NCBI RefSeq assembly: GCF_003044035.1
Contig: NZ_NVQC01000012.1
Span: forward strand, 1-32,000
DNA length: 32,000 nt
Direction: 5' to 3'
From: Candidatus Methylomirabilis limnetica
Lineage (GTDB): Bacteria > Methylomirabilota > Methylomirabilia > Methylomirabilales > Methylomirabilaceae
Shown: in pieces, positions 27,879 to 32,000 of the stretch
Layout: every line of letters starts with the position of its first letter
How positions within the stretch are numbered: the first letter of the stretch is position 1
The notes under the pieces: generated by a model
The model's database searches: none
What the model was told of the DNA's origin: nothing
The model's input: the letters and a program-made list of their open reading frames with translations, nothing else
Translations under genes and position numbers: made by a program

Positions 27879-28121
27879 CCGATGTAACTCCTCGTGATAG
27901 TCCGTGATCTCCACCTCAAAAGCATCGCTACCTCGCCAGGCGAAGCAAATCCGCCATTGATCATTGATACGGATCGAATGCTGCCATGTGCGATTGCCTT
28001 TGAGCTTTTCCAAACGATTCCCGGGAGGGGACAGAAGATCTTGCAATGTAGCTCTTGTCAAGGAGGGCTGAGGCGTCTTAGGCGGCTTCGTCTGAAACGC
28101 GCGTGATACGTCGCGGTCCAC
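27879..28121 (-). CDS. higB: HigB-type (RelE/ParE superfamily) toxin with no stop codon, reading in frame into higA
   Basis: PGNRLEKLKGNRTWQHSIRINDQWRICFAWRGSDAFEVEITDYH is the canonical HigB core. The candidate GTG start is at comp. 28119-28121. After DYH the frame continues EELHRM-AKQK... without a stop. Confidence 0.6.
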
Positions 28122-28287
28122 GAGACGTAACCCTTCGCCCCGCTTGGGTCTGATGGGCGCGTAACATCTCACACAGTTTGTGAAGGTCGTAGTCGACTTC
28201 GACAAGCAACGCCTCTCGCGCGGCGCGCACCTCGGCAACTACCGGATCAACCCACGGCTCCTTGGCATCAAAGTGCTCGGTCGTCAT
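28078..28287 (-). CDS. small hypothetical protein (69 aa), coupled downstream partner of the PIN gene
   Basis: Its ATG overlaps the PIN-gene stop by 4 nt. The pattern is DPVVAEVRAAREALLVEVDYDLHKLCEMLRAHQTQAGRRV. Confidence 0.5.
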   Translation of the reverse strand: MTTEHFDAKEPWVDPVVAEVRAAREALLVEVDYDLHKLCEMLRAHQTQAGRRVTSRGPRRITRVSDEAA

Positions 28288-28766
28288 GGTTCCTCTCCCG
28301 CCATCAGCTCGTCCGGGGTACAGAGAACAGGGGGCTCAAAGCCCAGGCTGCGGCAAACTCGCTCGACGCGAGGCCGGATGAGTGCATTGGCTATGTGGGT
28401 GGCGTTCCACGTCATCAGGTAATCGATGCCCTGGGATGCGGCTATCGCAATGTGAAGTGCATCCGCCCGGGCATGTTGGGGAAGTCCCGCGTGGCGGAGA
28501 ATGTGATCGGCGATTTCCTCGGCAAGTGGACTGGTATCGACAGCTTCAATCCCATCGAGCCAAGCAAGGCGGCGCGCGGACGCTTCAGCGTCCCCCCGCG
28601 ATATCTCCACGAGCACAAGCTCAGATACGAACAGCTGGAAGGAATTGCGTCGACGGTCCCACCATTCGTGCGTCAGCTGCTGCCGGGCCGCCGTGATCAG
28701 GTCCCGGCTGGGCTGGGCGGCGAGGTAGCTAATGATCGAGGTTTCAAGGTAGATCGTGGGAACCAT
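28284..28766 (-). CDS. PIN-domain (VapC-like) nuclease
   Basis: 160 aa. It has an acidic N-terminal strand IYLETS, SELVLVEI, ADALHIAIA and the TWNATHI motif typical of PIN-fold proteins. Confidence 0.7.
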   Translation of the reverse strand: MVPTIYLETSIISYLAAQPSRDLITAARQQLTHEWWDRRRNSFQLFVSELVLVEISRGDAEASARRLAWLDGIEAVDTSPLAEEIADHILRHAGLPQHARADALHIAIAASQGIDYLMTWNATHIANALIRPRVERVCRSLGFEPPVLCTPDELMAGEEP

Positions 28767-28959
28767 GCCCCCAGCCTATCGCAAACCGTGTGTCTTGTCT
28801 ACTTTGCCCATAACCACCAGTGTGGCTGCATAACGTCCGCACTAAGCCGCGGTGGGCGCCAGAGCTGCGTCGACCTTCACCTTCGCCATCGAACGATGCG
28901 CGCTCCCGATTCCGAACCCCTGCCAGGCCCCCTTGCTCCACAAGAGCTTTCGCGTCCCG

Positions 28960-29100
28960 AAACCACCCCTGCGGCCGAGTCTCGACCGCGACGCCATTGA
29001 TGAACTGATCTATCGGACGACCGTCCTTAGGACCCGGCTCCTGCTCGATCCGCAGGCCAGGTGTGGCCTGCGGATCGGGGAAGTCCTAAGCCTCACGGTT
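28960..29100 (+). pseudogene. tyrosine recombinase/integrase internal fragment
   Basis: KPPLRPSLDRDAIDELIYRTTVLRTRLLLDPQARCGLRIGEVLSLTV resembles the integrase region containing the first catalytic Arg (..ll.l.l.tGlRisE.l.L). It ends exactly where repeat copy B starts (29101). Confidence 0.35.
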
Positions 29101-29190
29101 GCCTGTGGGACTGGGCGCGACGCAAAGCCTGGTTGGGATTTCAGGCATGGCGTCGTGGAGGCCATTCGCCGACAAGGACCGCCGATAAAA
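29101..29190 (+). repeat. ~90-bp dispersed direct repeat, copy B
   Basis: It aligns with 27324-27413 in the same orientation. Confidence 0.8.
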
Positions 29191-29346
29191 TGGGGCGGAT
29201 TAATCCCCGGCCATTTTTGCCGATGATCGCGCGATCGGGATCGATCTCCTCCCGACCTCCCTTCAGACCATTCTAGATCTCCTAGTCCATGGCTTGGTGT
29301 ATTATCAGAACGTGGCTGTTTTATATTATTGGTATATTAATAAGAT

Positions 29347-29374
29347 TTGACACGATTCTCCAGCATGGTAGCAT
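29347..29374 (+). promoter_or_regulatory. candidate sigma70 promoter of vapBC, positioned for a leaderless or near-leaderless transcript
   Basis: TTGACA (29347-29352), a 16-nt spacer and TAGCAT (29369-29374). An AT-rich tract lies upstream and the vapB ATG is at 29381. Confidence 0.4.
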
Positions 29375-29380
29375 ATAGCC

Positions 29381-29656
29381 ATGACAGTCAAACTGAAAGA
29401 TATGCGACCCGAAGGAGTAGTGACCCGGATCGGCAAGGGGGCGCGAGTCGTGATTCCAGCCGCGCTCCGTAAAGCACTCGCGCTTCACCCGGGCGACCTT
29501 GTGGTCCTTCAGGTCGAGCAGGACACGTTGCGGCTGATCCCGCTTCGGCAGGCCATTGCTGAGGCACAACACCGCGTTCGCCAGTACATCCCGGTAGGCA
29601 CTGCCCTTACCGAATCACTACTCCAGGAGCGCCGGAGAGAGGCGCAGCGTGAGTAG
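29381..29656 (+). CDS. vapB: AbrB/SpoVT-family antitoxin
   Basis: 91 aa. It has the swapped-hairpin motif RIGKGARVVIPAALRKALALHPGDLVVL. Confidence 0.8.
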   Translation: MTVKLKDMRPEGVVTRIGKGARVVIPAALRKALALHPGDLVVLQVEQDTLRLIPLRQAIAEAQHRVRQYIPVGTALTESLLQERRREAQRE

Positions 29657-30032
29657 GGTCGTCCTCGATGCCTCCGCGATCCTTACCCTGCTAAATCAGG
29701 AGGAGGGAGCGGAACGGGTCGCTCCTTTCCTGGCGGATGCTGTGATCTCGACGGTGAACCTGGCCGAGGTCGTCACGCGTCTAGCTCTTGCAGGGATGCC
29801 GGAGACCGCCATTCGGGAGGCCTTAGCCCTCCTGCCTCTTGAATCGGTGCCGTTCGACGTCGGGCAGGCCATCGATGTGGGGCTGCTCGCGCCTACGACC
29901 AAGCTCTCAGGGCTGTCGCTGGGCGATCGGGCCTGCCTGGTCCTGGCCCACCGTCTCGACGCCACTGCGGTCACAGCGGATCAGGCATGGGTGGGCATCG
30001 ACGCCGGAGTGGCTGTCGAGCTGATCCGTTGA
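29649..30032 (+). CDS. vapC: PIN-domain toxin
   Basis: 127 aa with a GTG start overlapping vapB by 8 nt. It has VVLDASAILTLL, NLAEV, LSLGDRACL and VTAD acidic-residue motifs. Confidence 0.85.
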   Translation: MSRVVLDASAILTLLNQEEGAERVAPFLADAVISTVNLAEVVTRLALAGMPETAIREALALLPLESVPFDVGQAIDVGLLAPTTKLSGLSLGDRACLVLAHRLDATAVTADQAWVGIDAGVAVELIR

Positions 30033-30149
30033 TTCGGATGTTCACGAACACAGATTGGTCCGGTGCCCTGAGTTCAACGGAAGCCTGGCCAAGGGGGAAC
30101 CTATACGGCTCCATGTCGTGCACATGCTGCCAATTGCGGATTTCGGTCC

Positions 30150-30324
30150 ATCGTGAACGCCAGGATCACTTCATCGTGAACGCGAAGATCACTCGATCGT
30201 GAACGCCGGGATCAGCCATCGTGAACACGTAGATCGGTATCGTGAACACGTAGATCGGTATCGTGAACACGCGGATCGGTATCGTGAACACGCGGATCAG
30301 TCATCGTGAACACGTAGACAACCC
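30150..30324 (+). repeat. eight tandem 21-23-bp direct repeats (ATCGTGAAC[GA]C-N4-GATC...) upstream of istA
   Basis: The units start at 30150, 30173, 30196, 30218, 30239, 30260, 30281 and 30303. Confidence 0.9.
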
Positions 30325-30422
30325 CCGGGAAATCGGCGACCCTTACTCCCATGAGCGGGTGCCGAGAGCAACAGCGACGTTGGATGGTCCAGCGCGCCAT
30401 TCCGCTCCAGGAAGGAGTGGCA

Positions 30423-31967
30423 ATGGCGACCGAGCGACTACCCATGCGTCAGATCCGAGAGATCCTCCGCCAGAAGTGGACCCTGACCCGTAGCCACCGG
30501 CAGGTGGCCTCTAGCCTCGCGGTCAGTCTTGGGACCGTGACCGGCGTCCTCCGCCGGGCAACCCACGCCGGGCTTGACTGGCCCCACGTCCAGACCCTGA
30601 CCGATGACGCCCTGGAGATCCGTCTCTACGGCGCACCAGCCACCCCCGGGGTGACCCGCCCGCTCCCCGATTGCGCCTACCTGCACACCGAACGACGCAA
30701 GCCCGGGGTGACGTTAGAACTGCTCCACCTCGAGTACCTGGAGCAGCATCCCACCGGCTACCGCTACACCCGCTTCTGCGATCTCTACCGCCGTTGGCTG
30801 GCCCGCCATCGCCTCACTATGCGCCAGGACCATCGAGCCGGCGAGAAGATCTTCGTCGATTACGCCGGGCAGAAACCGACCCTCGTCGATCCCACCACCG
30901 GCGTGGTTACCGAAGTAGAGCTCTTCGTCGGTGTCCTCGGGGCCAGCAACTACACCTACGCGGAAGCCACCCGCACCCAGCGGGTCCCCGACTGGCTCGG
31001 GAGCCATCAGCGACTCCTGGCGTTCATGGGCGGGGTGCCGAGCGCCATTGTCCCGGACCAGTTGAAGACCGGGGTCACCGTCCCTTGCCGGTACGAGCCC
31101 GGCCTGCAGAGGACCTACGAAGAGTTCGCCCAGCACTACGGCACCACGATCCTCCCCGCCCGGCCGGCGAAGCCACGGGACAAGGCGAAAATCGAAGTGG
31201 CCGTGCAGATCGCCGAACGGTGGATCCTCGCCCGACTCCGGCACGAGGCGTTCGGCTCGCTAGGAGCCCTGAACGCCCGGATCTGGGAACTGCTCACCGC
31301 CCTGAACAGCCGCCGAATGCGCTCCTACCAGGCGAGCCGCCAGGAGCTGTTCGAGCGGCTGGACCGTCCGGCGCTCCGGCCCTTGCCCCCGGCGCCCTTC
31401 GTCTACGGCGAGTGGAAACTCGCCCGCGTGAACATTGACTACCACGTGGAACTCGACGGCCACTACTACTCGGTGCCCCATGCTCTGGTGCACGAACGAG
31501 TGGACGTCCGCAGCACGGCCATGACAGTGGAGATCTTCCACCACGGCCAGCGAGTGGCCGCCCATGTCCGCAGCATTTCCCGCGGGCGGCACACCACCCT
31601 TACCGCTCACATGCCCAAGGCCCACCAGCAGCACCGGGAGTGGAGTCCCTCTCGGCTCATCGCGTGGGCCGAGACCGTCGGGCCGCAGACCGCCGCCCTG
31701 GTCGAGGCCATCCTGGCGAGCCGCCCCCACCCGGAGCAGGGCTACCGGTCGTGTCTGGGGATCCTGCGCCTCGCGCGGCGAGATGGGCCCCTGCGGCTCG
31801 AGGCGGCGTGTACCCGGGCACTCGCAGTGGGCGCGCGCTCCTACCGGCACGTCGATGCGATCTTGAAGCACGGACTCGACCGTTCTCCAGTGCCGGACGC
31901 CGGTTCAGTCCCCACTGCCCGCCCGGTCATCCACGACCAGTTGCGCGGGCCCACCTACTATCAGTGA
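30423..31967 (+). CDS. istA: IS21-family transposase IstA
   Basis: The ATG at 30423 follows GGAAGGAG. It has an N-terminal HTH (MRQIREILRQKW..SHRQVASSLAVSLGTV) and a DDE region (VDYAG...V.D..K...E) with the characteristic IstA C-terminal domain. Confidence 0.9.
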   Translation: MATERLPMRQIREILRQKWTLTRSHRQVASSLAVSLGTVTGVLRRATHAGLDWPHVQTLTDDALEIRLYGAPATPGVTRPLPDCAYLHTERRKPGVTLELLHLEYLEQHPTGYRYTRFCDLYRRWLARHRLTMRQDHRAGEKIFVDYAGQKPTLVDPTTGVVTEVELFVGVLGASNYTYAEATRTQRVPDWLGSHQRLLAFMGGVPSAIVPDQLKTGVTVPCRYEPGLQRTYEEFAQHYGTTILPARPAKPRDKAKIEVAVQIAERWILARLRHEAFGSLGALNARIWELLTALNSRRMRSYQASRQELFERLDRPALRPLPPAPFVYGEWKLARVNIDYHVELDGHYYSVPHALVHERVDVRSTAMTVEIFHHGQRVAAHVRSISRGRHTTLTAHMPKAHQQHREWSPSRLIAWAETVGPQTAALVEAILASRPHPEQGYRSCLGILRLARRDGPLRLEAACTRALAVGARSYRHVDAILKHGLDRSPVPDAGSVPTARPVIHDQLRGPTYYQ

Positions 31968-31992
31968 ACCGATACACAGACAGGAGAGAGAC

Positions 31993-32000
31993 ATGCTCAG
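31993..32000 (+). CDS. istB: probable start of istB (ATP-binding helper), truncated by the window end
   Basis: An ATG lies 25 nt after the istA stop and is preceded by AGGAGAG. Only 8 nt are visible, so the call rests on IS21 gene order. Confidence 0.35.

Larger units (their letters stand above)
30039..32000 (+). mobile_element. IS21-family insertion sequence, left part (continues beyond the window)
   Basis: It has istA followed by the start of a second ORF, with reiterated subterminal repeats upstream. The left boundary is uncertain. Candidate TGT termini are at 30039 (TGTTCACGAACAC, an inverted copy of the repeat core) and at 30115. Confidence 0.7.

Noticed and set aside
28122-28238. First 39 codons of the 221-aa higBA track ORF
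   Set aside because: This segment overlaps the 69-aa partner gene in another frame and has no HigB similarity. HigB-like sequence starts near the GTG at comp. 28119-28121.
30150-30445. Possible CRISPR array, or a repeat-peptide ORF (30212-30445, ..RVHDTD.. repeats), at the 21-23-bp repeats
   Set aside because: The units are directly adjacent with no spacers and are too short for CRISPR repeats. The ORF is simply a translation of the tandem repeat. The context (immediately upstream of istA) fits IS21 subterminal repeats.

Overview
GC-rich bacterial chromosomal window. Clear housekeeping genes are interleaved with eroded accessory DNA. Housekeeping: THUMP and TrmH/SpoU RNA methyltransferases, leuCD, an alpha/beta hydrolase, gltBD, a PAS hybrid sensor kinase, tRNA-Glu(CUC), a class A PBP, a NUDIX hydrolase and msrPQ. 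Accessory: MNT/HEPN, higBA, a PIN gene with a small partner, vapBC and an HNH pair. There are also truncated remnants resembling a DUF4338 protein, hsdS, a DUF4011 helicase, an ISL3-type transposase and a tyrosine integrase, plus the left part of an IS21-family element (istA, start of istB) at the 3' edge. The most unusual signal is a family of ~286-nt elements with 15-18-nt terminal inverted repeats (GGGACAGACACTATT). It occurs four times in the same orientation between 0.7 and 5.3 kb: two full-length copies and two 5'-truncated ones, plus extra solo or duplicated right ends. The copies separate gene cassettes and sit at the breakpoints of truncated genes. Their substitution pattern (G:U-compatible on the + strand, one compensatory pair) suggests a structured + strand RNA rather than a coding sequence. 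Other notable points are an internally deleted sensor kinase that lacks its ATPase domain, an in-frame HigB-HigA fusion, a ~560-bp tandem duplication of a small gene with its own leader and terminator, ~90-bp direct repeats bracketing a toxin-antitoxin islet and rewriting the msrQ 3' end, and eight 21-23-bp direct repeats upstream of istA. All family assignments come from reading motifs in the translations. No database search was run, and boundaries of remnants and repeats are approximate.
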